Origin: a virus
Taxonomy: Duplodnaviria; Caudoviricetes
IMG/VR virus record: IMGVR_UViG_3300046780_000292
Location: 1 to 57,007 of that record
DNA: 57,007 nt
Direction: 5' to 3' (one strand)
This document shows, in pieces, positions 46,758 through 55,181 of the stretch (the stretch's first letter is position 1; each line of letters starts with the position of its first letter). The translations under genes were made by a program, and so were the position numbers. The notes beneath the pieces were generated by a model. It did no database searches. It was not told where the DNA came from and saw only the letters and a list, made by a program, of their open reading frames with translations.

Positions 46758-48455
46758 ATGTCGGAAACTCATGATCATTTCACGCCTGATGCGTTGGACG
46801 AGAGCATCAGGCTGGCCGAGGTAATCGGTGCAAAACTTCACCTCGACCGGGCCGTCAACCCGCGCGCCGGAGAGAAGGTGTGCATCGGCACCCCACACCT
46901 CAACGAGGCGGGCTGGAACTACGTCGAGTCACTCTGGCGGATGGCCGCCTACGACAAGGCCCACGGGAACCACCTGCTGCACAACTCCGGGCTGATGAAC
47001 AACGGCTCGTTCTGCCCCGTCTGGGGCCGCTCCATGGAGCTGTCGCACGCCCGCAACACCGCGACCGCCGCGTTCCTGTCCAGCGAATCGGACTGGCTGC
47101 TCTGGATCGACTCCGACATCGGCTTCGAGCAGGACGCCCTGGAGAAGCTGCTGGACCGCGCCCATCCCGACACCGCGCCGATCGTCGGCGGGCTGTGCTT
47201 CATCGAAGGCGACTACACGCACGACATGCGCGGCGGGCTGCGCTCCAGCCTCGCCCCCACCCTGTACGACTGGGCCTGGGTCGAGCCGAAGAACGGCATG
47301 CCCGGCGCGTACAAGATGGTCACCCGCTCGTCATGGCCGGAGGACATCGCAACCCGGGTCGGGGCGACCGGCTGCGGCCTGCTGCTGACCCACCGGTCCG
47401 TCTACGAGAAGATCTCCTACTGGCTGCGGGAGCAGGGCGCACCCCCGCACATCTGGTTCGACCGGATTCCCGGCCCCGACGGTGAGCTGTGCGGCGAGGA
47501 CGTGTCGTTCTGCCTGCGCGCCCACCAGGTGGATCTGCCGGTCCTCGTGCACACGGGCGTGACCACCACCCACCAGAAGACGATCTGGTACGGGGTGCCG
47601 GAGTACAAGGCGAAGCCGTTCACGCCGCCCGCGTCGAACCTGCTGCTGCTGCCCCCGGACCAGTGGCCGAAGCTGATGATCAACCAGAACGCCGTCGAGC
47701 AGGCCGCCCGCAACTCCCCCATGGGCGAGAAGCAGGTTCCGGAGACCACCGAAGAGGTGGCCATCATCGTGCCAGTCGCGCAGCGGAACAACAGCGCCAC
47801 GTTCCTGGAGAGCCTCGAAGCGTCCCTCACGGAGCAGCAGCGCCGGACCGTGGCCGTATACGTGATGACCGACGAGGACGACGACCACACCGAGCAGTCC
47901 TGGTACCTCGCGTCGCTCGATCACCACCTGACAACGGCCATCGACCACCACCGTTATCCGCGCCCGATGGGTTCCTTCGCCGAGAAGGTGAACCGGGGCT
48001 ACGAAACCTCCTGGCAGCCGTGGATCTTCCTGGTCGGCGACGATGTCCGCTTCCACAAGGGCTGGCTGGACCACGCGATGGAGACGGCCAGGTCCACGGG
48101 CAAGGCCGTGATCGGCACCAACGACCTGGGCAACCCGGCGGTCATGGCCGGGACGCACGCGACCCACATGTTCATCCGCCGTGACTACGTCGACATCGAG
48201 GGCGCGTCGTGGGACGGTCCGGGCGTCGTCTGCCACGAGGGATACCGGCACTGGTTCGTTGACGACGAGATCGTCAACGTGGCGAAGATCCGCGACCAGT
48301 GGGCCCCGAGTCTGTCGTCTCACGTCGAGCATCTGCACCCGTACTGGGGCAAGGCCGAGCGGGACAAGGTGTACGCCATCGGCGCGGCGGCGGCGGACGG
48401 TGACGCGGGCCTTTGGGCGGAGCGGGTGCGGCAGTACGCAGGAGGAGAGTCATGA
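46758..48455 (+). CDS. Tandem-domain GT-A glycosyltransferase
   Basis: ARN..WIDSD, G.G.LL.HR, GED..FC; second domain IIVP, K.N.G, GDD, H.F.DDE, H.HP. Confidence 0.85.
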   Translation: MSETHDHFTPDALDESIRLAEVIGAKLHLDRAVNPRAGEKVCIGTPHLNEAGWNYVESLWRMAAYDKAHGNHLLHNSGLMNNGSFCPVWGRSMELSHARNTATAAFLSSESDWLLWIDSDIGFEQDALEKLLDRAHPDTAPIVGGLCFIEGDYTHDMRGGLRSSLAPTLYDWAWVEPKNGMPGAYKMVTRSSWPEDIATRVGATGCGLLLTHRSVYEKISYWLREQGAPPHIWFDRIPGPDGELCGEDVSFCLRAHQVDLPVLVHTGVTTTHQKTIWYGVPEYKAKPFTPPASNLLLLPPDQWPKLMINQNAVEQAARNSPMGEKQVPETTEEVAIIVPVAQRNNSATFLESLEASLTEQQRRTVAVYVMTDEDDDHTEQSWYLASLDHHLTTAIDHHRYPRPMGSFAEKVNRGYETSWQPWIFLVGDDVRFHKGWLDHAMETARSTGKAVIGTNDLGNPAVMAGTHATHMFIRRDYVDIEGASWDGPGVVCHEGYRHWFVDDEIVNVAKIRDQWAPSLSSHVEHLHPYWGKAERDKVYAIGAAAADGDAGLWAERVRQYAGGES

Positions 48456-49102
48456 TCGAAAACGAGAGGCAGTTGCCAGTCAAGCTGCACCCCTTCCCGC
48501 ATCTGGTGGCGGACGGGCTGTTCCACGACAGCATCCTGGAGAACGTCCTGAAGGAGTTCCCCGCGCCCGACGCGGCAGGCTGGCGTTCGTTCTCCAACAG
48601 TACGGAGCGGAAGCTGGAAGGCAGCAGCCCGCGCATGTGGGGGGTGGCCACAACGCTGGTCCTGCGTCAGATGGAGCTTCAGGCCCCCGGTCTGGCGAAG
48701 GCGTTCGGTACGCCGCCGCTGACGATGGAGACGACCGGCGGGGGCTACCACCTGATCGAGCCGGGCGGCTACCTGGCGATGCACGCCGACTTCTCCCGCT
48801 CCCCCGCGACCGGCCTGTACCGGTGGCTGAACATGCTGGTCTACCTCAACCATGACTGGGATGAGGAGGGCGGCTGCCTTCAGCTCTGGGACGACGACGG
48901 CCCGGCCGTCACGGTCGCACCGCAGTTCAACCGGACCGTCGTGTTCCGCACCTCCGGATCGTCGTGGCATGGGCATCCCGTGCCGAACACCCGGCCGCGC
49001 CGTTCGGTGGCCGCCTACTTCTACGCCTCGGAGCCGCCGCCCGGCTATGCGGGTGACCACTCGACCCGCTGGCACCCGAAGGCGGGGCAGCCCGGTGCAT
49101 GA
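48452..49102 (+). CDS. 2OG-Fe(II) oxygenase (prolyl-hydroxylase-like)
   Basis: PFPH...D, GGG.H, H-A-D, YLN..W...GG.L.LW, FNR.V.F, SWHG, R.S...Y. Confidence 0.9.
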   Translation: MIENERQLPVKLHPFPHLVADGLFHDSILENVLKEFPAPDAAGWRSFSNSTERKLEGSSPRMWGVATTLVLRQMELQAPGLAKAFGTPPLTMETTGGGYHLIEPGGYLAMHADFSRSPATGLYRWLNMLVYLNHDWDEEGGCLQLWDDDGPAVTVAPQFNRTVVFRTSGSSWHGHPVPNTRPRRSVAAYFYASEPPPGYAGDHSTRWHPKAGQPGA

Positions 49103-49703
49103 GGCAGTCCTGGCCTGGGTGGGCCAGTTCCGGACCGATGAGGATCTGGCTGTGCTGGACATCGGCGGCCGGGACCTCAACGGCAGTACGCGCGTCCTGT
49201 TCCCGAACGCGAACCCGTATCACGTCCTGGATCTGCGGCCCGGCAAGGGCGTCGACTTCGTCGCCGACGCGGCCGACTGGCGGCCTGACCGCCGGTACGA
49301 CCTCGTCGTGTGCACCGAGACGTTCGAGCATGCCGAGAAGTGGCGGGAGATCATCCTGACCGCCTGGGATGCGCTACGGCCCGGCGGCTGGTTCATCTTC
49401 ACCTGCGCCGGACCTGGGCGGCCGGAACACTCCGGTGTTGAGGCGGTGTGGGGTCTGATCGACGGCGAGTGGTATGCCAACGTGTCGCCGGAGGAGATCC
49501 GCGAGGAGTTGCAGGATCAGGGCTGGGTGGAGATCGAGGCCCGTACGCACGGCCTGGACACCCAGGGCAAGGCGGTCAAGCCGTACGAGACTCCGCCGCT
49601 GATCCGAGCGGAAGAGGTTGTGATCGGCGACCAGAGCTTCCGCGACGTGATCCTGACGGTCGGACCGATGACGCGGACTTCTGGCAGGCCGGGCACTTCC
49701 TGA
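49095..49703 (+). CDS. Class I SAM-dependent methyltransferase
   Basis: VLDIGG.D.NG, G.GVD.V.D, D.V...E.FEH, L.PGG motifs. Confidence 0.85.
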   Translation: MHEAVLAWVGQFRTDEDLAVLDIGGRDLNGSTRVLFPNANPYHVLDLRPGKGVDFVADAADWRPDRRYDLVVCTETFEHAEKWREIILTAWDALRPGGWFIFTCAGPGRPEHSGVEAVWGLIDGEWYANVSPEEIREELQDQGWVEIEARTHGLDTQGKAVKPYETPPLIRAEEVVIGDQSFRDVILTVGPMTRTSGRPGTS

Positions 49704-49872
49704 CGTGCAGCGGCTGGCCGGTCTGGGACTCTCCGTCGAAGACCAGCCAGCCGCGTACGCGCAGTGCATCGTTCGAGGCCCATGCCCCGGTCAGGCAGGT
49801 GTCGCACGCCTGATGTTCGCGGGCTTCCAGTTCGACTTTCAGCTGGGCTGTGACGTCGAACAGGGGCTCCAT
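49576..49872 (-). CDS. Small Zn-ribbon-like protein
   Basis: CDTC...GW...CPAC; its 3' end overlaps the methyltransferase convergently. Confidence 0.55.
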   Translation of the reverse strand: MEPLFDVTAQLKVELEAREHQACDTCLTGAWASNDALRVRGWLVFDGESQTGQPLHVRKCPACQKSASSVRPSGSRRGSSGRRSQPLPLGSAAESRTA

Positions 49873-50012
49873 TACCGCCTCCCGACCGTCTCGATGACGG
49901 CGGCGATCAGGAACACGATGACGAACGCGGCGGCGAGGGCGATCAGGTAGGGGCTGAGGATCAGCAGGATCAGGCCGATCGCGAACGGGTGACGCCGGGC
50001 GACGTGGTTCAT
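49872..50012 (-). CDS. Small membrane protein (46 aa)
   Basis: AGGAGG SD, hydrophobic. Confidence 0.6.
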   Translation of the reverse strand: MNHVARRHPFAIGLILLILSPYLIALAAAFVIVFLIAAVIETVGRR

Positions 50013-50043
50013 GGGGGCTCCTCCTTGGGGTCTGTCTGCCTTG

Positions 50044-50084
50044 AGGATACATCGCTTGCGCATCCCGTCAACCGCGTGTATGCT
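50044..50084. promoter_or_regulatory. Overlapping divergent promoters with a TTGCG-N6-GTCAA element
   Basis: Plus: TTGCGC-17-TATGCT. Minus: TTGACG-16-TATCCT. Confidence 0.55.
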
Positions 50085-50103
50085 GATAGCAGACGACATC
50101 GGG

Positions 50104-50326
50104 TTGCTGGTGAACAACGTCGTTAAAGGTGGAAACCAGCACAGCAGTAAGGCGTTGCGGACCAATGTCCGTTCGGGTGATCCCAGAGATCGGAAGACCC
50201 TGCATCCACTGGCCATGCCAGCAAGGAGGGTTAGCGCCTACAACTGAATCGGGGACCGGCCAGGACCCCCGGCGGAGAAGGCGATTGAGTCGCGCCGCTG
50301 GGCCGTAGAGCCTGGTCAGGTCCCCA
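50104..50326 (+). ncRNA. Two candidate structured RNAs (50104-50224 and 50251-50326)
   Basis: Closing stems TTGCTGG/CCAGCAA and GGGGACC/GGTCCCC with internal hairpins; no plausible ORF. Confidence 0.45.
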
Positions 50327-50333
50327 TCTTCTT

Positions 50334-50401
50334 GGGCCTGTAGCTCATTGGGGAGCGCCGCTGCGGCGGGAGGGGGGCGGGTTCGATTCCCGTCAGGTCC
50401 A
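50334..50401 (+). ncRNA. tRNA-like RNA with a collapsed anticodon arm and G3-U70
   Basis: GGGCCTG/CAGGTCC+A acceptor stem; GCTC-ATTGGG-GAGC D arm; GCCGCTGCGGC mini-hairpin; GCGGG-TTCGATT-CCCGT T arm. Confidence 0.7.
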
Positions 50402-50433
50402 CGGGGAAATTCCCCCTCCGATCGGAGGAATTC

Positions 50434-50946
50434 ATGCGCAACAAGATCTGGGCGGCCTTGGCGGCGTTCGCGGCGATGTCGTTGGCCGTGTTCGGCTTCG
50501 CGGCACCGGCGATGGCCACGGGCGGGCCCTACATGAACTGCGCCTACCTGAACGTGTGCCTGTTCCAGAACATCAACTACAACGCCAACCAGTGGCACAG
50601 CTCGATCGCCAACATCGACCTGCACACCAACGAGTGTCTGACCATCCCGCCCGCTCAGTACGCCGACGGCAACAACGTCAGCGACGGGTCCAGCTCCCTG
50701 GTGGTCAACAGCGACACGGCCAACGGAAACCCGTGGCAGTACTACACGATCTACTTCTTCAACTGGATCAACTGCAACTCGGACGGCGGGGTCCGGGCGT
50801 TCCCGATGACGGCCATCACCCACATTCCGAGCCTCTACAGCTGGAGCTACTACAACGTGCCATCGATCAGCATGGCGCGGACGATCACCAGCATCGAAGT
50901 CATCCCGAACAGCTTCGCCCCGAAGAACGGCGTCCCGACCAGCTGA
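50434..50946 (+). CDS. Secreted protein, peptidase-inhibitor I36 / beta-gamma-crystallin-like
   Basis: Signal peptide ending AMA; C....VCLF...NY and D..SS..VN motifs; Asn-rich. Confidence 0.65.
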   Translation: MRNKIWAALAAFAAMSLAVFGFAAPAMATGGPYMNCAYLNVCLFQNINYNANQWHSSIANIDLHTNECLTIPPAQYADGNNVSDGSSSLVVNSDTANGNPWQYYTIYFFNWINCNSDGGVRAFPMTAITHIPSLYSWSYYNVPSISMARTITSIEVIPNSFAPKNGVPTS

Positions 50947-50952
50947 CCCCAG

Positions 50953-51004
50953 ACACACGAAAGGCCCGGCCCCAAGGGAAGAGGGGCCGGGCCTTTCGTG
51001 TGTC
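50953..51004. terminator. Bidirectional terminator
   Basis: ACACACGAAAGGCCCGGCCCC...GGGGCCGGGCCTTTCGTGTGT between convergent genes. Confidence 0.75.
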
Positions 51005-51005
51005 T

Positions 51006-51164
51006 TCAGGACGTCTTACGCCAGGTCGAGCCGGGGTTCTTCGCGGCGAACACCGTCACCTCGGTCTCCTTCACGGCGCTGAACGTCTTGAGCAGCTTGC
51101 CGTTGGCGTCCTTCACCTCATAGTTGGCGAGCGCCGAACCGCCGCCACCGCAGTTGCATCCCAT
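51006..51164 (-). CDS. Small MGCNCG protein (52 aa)
   Basis: Read manually; GGAGG SD. This type commonly follows the maturation protease. Confidence 0.7.
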   Translation of the reverse strand: MGCNCGGGGSALANYEVKDANGKLLKTFSAVKETEVTVFAAKNPGSTWRKTS

Positions 51165-51176
51165 AGGGACCTCCTC

Positions 51177-53195
51177 CTACTCCACCAGGGCGACGAGAAG
51201 ATCGCCCACGGCCTCAGCATAATCGGCCGCGCTGGAGTCGGCCGTGGCCGACGCGAGCAGCTCCCGCCACTCGGCGGCCCGCGCCTGCTGCTCGGCGATG
51301 GCCGCATTCTCGGCCGCCATACCCCGCGCGACAGCCCGGCCCAGCGCCTCCATGTCGACGCCGCCCGGAAGGCCCTGCTCTTCGTCGTCGATGACGCGGG
51401 GGAGGACACCTGCGGCCGTCAGGGACAGCACCTCGTCGTCCTCGGTAAAACCGCTGATCATCGAGGCGACCAGGACCCGGGGGATGGGGAAGCCTGCCGT
51501 GTTGACGTGCAGGGCGGCCACCATCTCCAGGTTGCCGCCGATCCGCCGCCAGTCGCCCGACAGGGGTGCGGCGCGCATGGCCCGGACAGCGGTGTCGTCG
51601 GCGTCAGGGGCGAGGGTGCCAGACACCCAAATGCCATGCTCGTCCTCACCGGCGCGCACGAGGGCACCGACGTTGGACGTCTGGTCGTAGTGCTCGGCCG
51701 CCGCCCGGTAGCCGAGGTTCGGCTGAGCGTGCCCGCCGCCGTATGTCAGGCGGCCCACAGCGACCCGGGAGCCGTCATCGGTGGCCACCTCGCCGGTGTG
51801 GAAGTAGGCGTACGACGTGAGGGACTTGGGTGGCTTGACGCAGGAGTCGCCGATGCCGACGTGGCAGGTGTCCCAGACGGCGACGTGCCCGTAGACGCGG
51901 CCGTCGTCGCCGATGTGCAGCGGGGTCGGGCCGGGCAGCTTCGGGTCGTCGAACCAGCCCTTGGGAGGGGCGACCGGGGCGGCCCCGGCCATGAGCGCGG
52001 CCATCTTCTCTCCGGCCTTCCAGTTGTCGGGCAGGCTGCCCTCGCAGCCCTTGCGCTTCGCGATGGCCGTCAGGCGGCTCTTGAACTCGGCGTACGGGAT
52101 CTTCGGGTTGGCCCGGCCGTACGAGGAGACCGCGTCGGGGATGTCGGCGCAGGAGGCGATCGGGAAGCGGCGGCCCTTCGGGTCGACGAAGTCCGCGTCG
52201 TCGAGCTTCTTACGCACGGCGGTCTTGGTGACGTCGGGCCCGCCGGGGGCGTAGTCGCTGTCTCCCCGATAGGTGCCGCCGCCCTGGGCCTGCTCGCCGT
52301 CGGTGCCCTGCATCTCCGGCTGGTTGGCCTTGTTCGGGCGAGGCAGCTTCTTCGCGAACTCCTCGAACTCGGTATCCGAGAGCCAGATGCCGGATCCGAA
52401 CTCCTCGTCGTCCTGGTTGCCCTTGACCTTCTCGGGATCAAGCTTGCGCTTCTTGGCGGCCATCTCGCCGTCGTTTTCGATCTTGTCGTCGCTCGGGTCC
52501 ACACCGCCCCACTCGACTCCGGCCCAGTCGAACAACCCCGCCATGTCAGTGAAGTCGGCGGCCGTTGCCATCATCGCGGAGGAGGTGGTGCCGTCCACGT
52601 TCGGATCCGACGAGTCGATCGGGGTGAGCTTCGCGTGCCCGGACAGTTCGGCGAACGCGGGAATGTGCACCAGCGTGGCCGACGCCATCCGGCCCGAACG
52701 GATCATCCGCAGGCGTGGCCCGTCGTAGGCCTCTTCGGCCATCACCGGATCGGAGCCGCAACCGCAGTCCCCGCCGCTGGCCTTCGAGTGGGCCATCTTC
52801 GCGGCCTTCAGCTTCCCAGCCTGCATCTTCTTCCAGGCGGTGTACGCCTTGGGCTCGGGGACGTGCTCAACTTCCTGCTGGTCGAGGTCGACGCTGGGTC
52901 CGATGACCTTGTTCTCGGTGAACTTCTTCGCGGCGATGGCCGCGTTGCGCACCTCGTCGGGCCACGACTCGTCGTCGTAGAACTCTCCCTTGGCCGGGAG
53001 GAGGCCGTCCTTCTCCCGGCCAATCTTGGAGATGTGCCCGACGATCACCGCGTTCTGGTGGCCGCCGGAGTCCTGGGCGACGTACCGGAACGGGAGCGGC
53101 AGGTCCCGGTGCCCGAGAGCGCCCGGGTCGAACTGGCGGCCGTCGCCGGTGGGCTTCCCGATGACGGCGAGCGGCATCTGCCAGGCGGTTCCCAT
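51177..53195 (-). CDS. Capsid maturation protease, multidomain (with DUF6582-like insert)
   Basis: W...LA..G.PTGDGR, ATLV.IPAF, GRVYGH.A.W..CH, SGDWR, VN..GFP motifs. Confidence 0.85.
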   Translation of the reverse strand: MGTAWQMPLAVIGKPTGDGRQFDPGALGHRDLPLPFRYVAQDSGGHQNAVIVGHISKIGREKDGLLPAKGEFYDDESWPDEVRNAAIAAKKFTENKVIGPSVDLDQQEVEHVPEPKAYTAWKKMQAGKLKAAKMAHSKASGGDCGCGSDPVMAEEAYDGPRLRMIRSGRMASATLVHIPAFAELSGHAKLTPIDSSDPNVDGTTSSAMMATAADFTDMAGLFDWAGVEWGGVDPSDDKIENDGEMAAKKRKLDPEKVKGNQDDEEFGSGIWLSDTEFEEFAKKLPRPNKANQPEMQGTDGEQAQGGGTYRGDSDYAPGGPDVTKTAVRKKLDDADFVDPKGRRFPIASCADIPDAVSSYGRANPKIPYAEFKSRLTAIAKRKGCEGSLPDNWKAGEKMAALMAGAAPVAPPKGWFDDPKLPGPTPLHIGDDGRVYGHVAVWDTCHVGIGDSCVKPPKSLTSYAYFHTGEVATDDGSRVAVGRLTYGGGHAQPNLGYRAAAEHYDQTSNVGALVRAGEDEHGIWVSGTLAPDADDTAVRAMRAAPLSGDWRRIGGNLEMVAALHVNTAGFPIPRVLVASMISGFTEDDEVLSLTAAGVLPRVIDDEEQGLPGGVDMEALGRAVARGMAAENAAIAEQQARAAEWRELLASATADSSAADYAEAVGDLLVALVE

Positions 53196-53231
53196 GCGCT
53201 ACCCCTTCGGTCGTTGCCGACCAGGATACGG

Positions 53232-53567
53232 CTAGGAGAGCTTCGGGGGATCAACAACCTGCTGGGGGCGGGGAACGGATCCGGCCCGGCCGGTGTCGTG
53301 GCGGATCCCGGCCCGCACGGCCGAGTCTTTCCCGGCGATCAGGCCGTTGAGTGCCGTGGCCAGCTCGGGGGAGTCGGTGGTGATCCGCTGGATGATGCGC
53401 ACGGCTGCCTCATAGAAGGGCATCGAGTACGCCTGGAGCTGTTCGGGCAGGTGGGTGAAGGTGAGCCACTGGAGTCCGTCGGCGATGCCGGGGTGGCGGC
53501 CCTCGGTGACCATGCGGGCATGTTCGGGACTGCCGTACTCGGGGATGTCCATGTTGGTGATGGGCAT
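53232..53567 (-). CDS. Helical-hairpin protein, possibly Acb2/Tad1-like
   Basis: F.HLP..LQ..S.PF...A...PE...AL..L...KD.AVRA. Confidence 0.55.
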   Translation of the reverse strand: MPITNMDIPEYGSPEHARMVTEGRHPGIADGLQWLTFTHLPEQLQAYSMPFYEAAVRIIQRITTDSPELATALNGLIAGKDSAVRAGIRHDTGRAGSVPRPQQVVDPPKLS

Positions 53568-53578
53568 GCTTCTTCTCC

Positions 53579-53722
53579 TTAGGCACCGAGCAGGCCAGCG
53601 ATGACGCAGCCCGTCCCGACGATGATCAGTGCGATGCCCAGGGACAGGTCGGCCACCAGTGCGGCGACCGGGCCGGGCCGGTACATCGTCTTGAGTGAAC
53701 GGTCCTTCAGGGCGGTGCTCAC
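53579..53722 (-). CDS. Small membrane protein (47 aa)
   Basis: GTGA coupling; C-terminal TM helix. Confidence 0.5.
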   Translation of the reverse strand: MSTALKDRSLKTMYRPGPVAALVADLSLGIALIIVGTGCVIAGLLGA

Positions 53723-53931
53723 GCCTTCACCCACTTGTACGTCTGATGCCCGTCGCTGTCGATGCCGCTCGGCTGGCAGGACAGGCTGACCCGCTTGCTG
53801 CCGTTGGTGTGCGTGTAGTACTCGCCGGGGTTGTCGCACTTCTGGCCAGCGGCCGGGTCGCAGCCGGTCACGACCATCAATGCGAGCACGGCGAAGGCGG
53901 CGAGGGCGATCAGGGGACGGATGTGGTTCAT
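53719..53931 (-). CDS. Predicted small lipoprotein
   Basis: Signal peptide with VTGC lipobox. Confidence 0.65.
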   Translation of the reverse strand: MNHIRPLIALAAFAVLALMVVTGCDPAAGQKCDNPGEYYTHTNGSKRVSLSCQPSGIDSDGHQTYKWVKA

Positions 53932-54009
53932 GAGGGTTTCTTCCTTCTGTCGGTCGACATGGTACAGCCCCCCACCCAGGTGGATGAGGGGCTTCCGTGC
54001 TGGGGAGTT

Positions 54010-55158
54010 TCAGCGGTGCGTAGCGGCCGTCAGCTTGGCGGTCAGACCGTCCAGCTCGTTCCGGTACTCCAGGTTGCCGATCCAGTGCGACGGGAACGCC
54101 TTCAGCCCGTACGCGGCACCCGCCAGAGCGCCCGTGATCGAGGCGATGCTGTCCGAGTCGCCGTCGGTGAACGCGGCCCGCCGGAGGGCGTTGGTCGGGT
54201 CGTCGGGGAAGCACAGCAGGGTGTGCAGGGAAGCGGCAAGGGCCTCTTCGGCGATCCAGCCGCCCCCGGCCACGTCGCACGGGTCCTGCTCCTGCTTGCG
54301 GGGCCGGTCGTAGATGCCCAGCAGGGCGTCGATGACTTCGTCCCAGCCCCGGTTGATGTACTCCTTCGGGGACCGGGCGGCAGCCCTGGAAGGCATGGGC
54401 AGCGGGGGAAGCTCAGCAAGGGTCAGCCCTGCCGCGTCCTCCCACCAGTTCATCCGGCGGGCGGCCAGCGGCTTCGGCTTGAAGACCGGCTGCGGCGGGA
54501 CTGCCTCCCAGATGTGGCCGAGCCACTCACCGTGGTACGTGTCGCGCTGGTCGTAGGCGTAGGCCAGCAGGTGGTCGAGCAGTGTCTCTCCGGGCTGGGC
54601 GAAGCCCTCCAGCAGCATCCGGACGGCGACGGCGGTCAGCTCTGCGGCGGCCAGGGCGGTGGGGTGGCCGTGGGTGATGGCGGCCTGGAGCTGTGCGGCC
54701 CCGGCCAGCTGCGCCCAGGTCCAGTCGGTGCGCAACGCCAGGGGGGCGACGCGCATGTTGGCCCCGTTGCCCTTGGAGTTGGGGCGTGACGCGAGCTGCC
54801 ACTGTGCCGGGTTGCGCTGGAGCGAGGAGACGGCCCCCATGCAGGTGCTGCCGGGGGCCCGCTTGCCGTCGGTGCTCTTGGGGTCACGCTGCCAGGCGAT
54901 GAACTCCATCACGAACTGGTAGGTGAGGTTTTCGGGGGTGGGCTTGCCGAGGGCGGCCTTGGCGACGGCGATGGACATCTGGGTGTCGTCGGTGACGATG
55001 CCCTGCTGGGGCCGGTTGAGGCCGACCTGCTTGCGGAAGGGGGTGCCGAACTTGGCGATGGCGCTGGCCTTCATGAACTCGGTGGGGCGGCCGAGGGCGT
55101 CGCCGTAGGCGAGGCCGAACATGATGCCTTTGCGGCGGTCGGCGGTCGGGTTCTTCAT
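54010..55158 (-). CDS. ADP-ribosylglycohydrolase (DraG/ARH family)
   Basis: G.A.GDALG.P.EF, TDDTQM, GNGA.MR..P, TH, GDSDS.A...GAL.GA metal-binding motifs are intact. Confidence 0.95.
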   Translation of the reverse strand: MKNPTADRRKGIMFGLAYGDALGRPTEFMKASAIAKFGTPFRKQVGLNRPQQGIVTDDTQMSIAVAKAALGKPTPENLTYQFVMEFIAWQRDPKSTDGKRAPGSTCMGAVSSLQRNPAQWQLASRPNSKGNGANMRVAPLALRTDWTWAQLAGAAQLQAAITHGHPTALAAAELTAVAVRMLLEGFAQPGETLLDHLLAYAYDQRDTYHGEWLGHIWEAVPPQPVFKPKPLAARRMNWWEDAAGLTLAELPPLPMPSRAAARSPKEYINRGWDEVIDALLGIYDRPRKQEQDPCDVAGGGWIAEEALAASLHTLLCFPDDPTNALRRAAFTDGDSDSIASITGALAGAAYGLKAFPSHWIGNLEYRNELDGLTAKLTAATHR

Positions 55159-55181
55159 GTCTGTCTCCTCCTGGTTGTGCT

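Noticed and set aside
50104-50224. Assignment to a known riboswitch or ribozyme class
   Set aside because: I could not match a consensus by eye, so it is left as an unclassified structured element pending an Rfam search.
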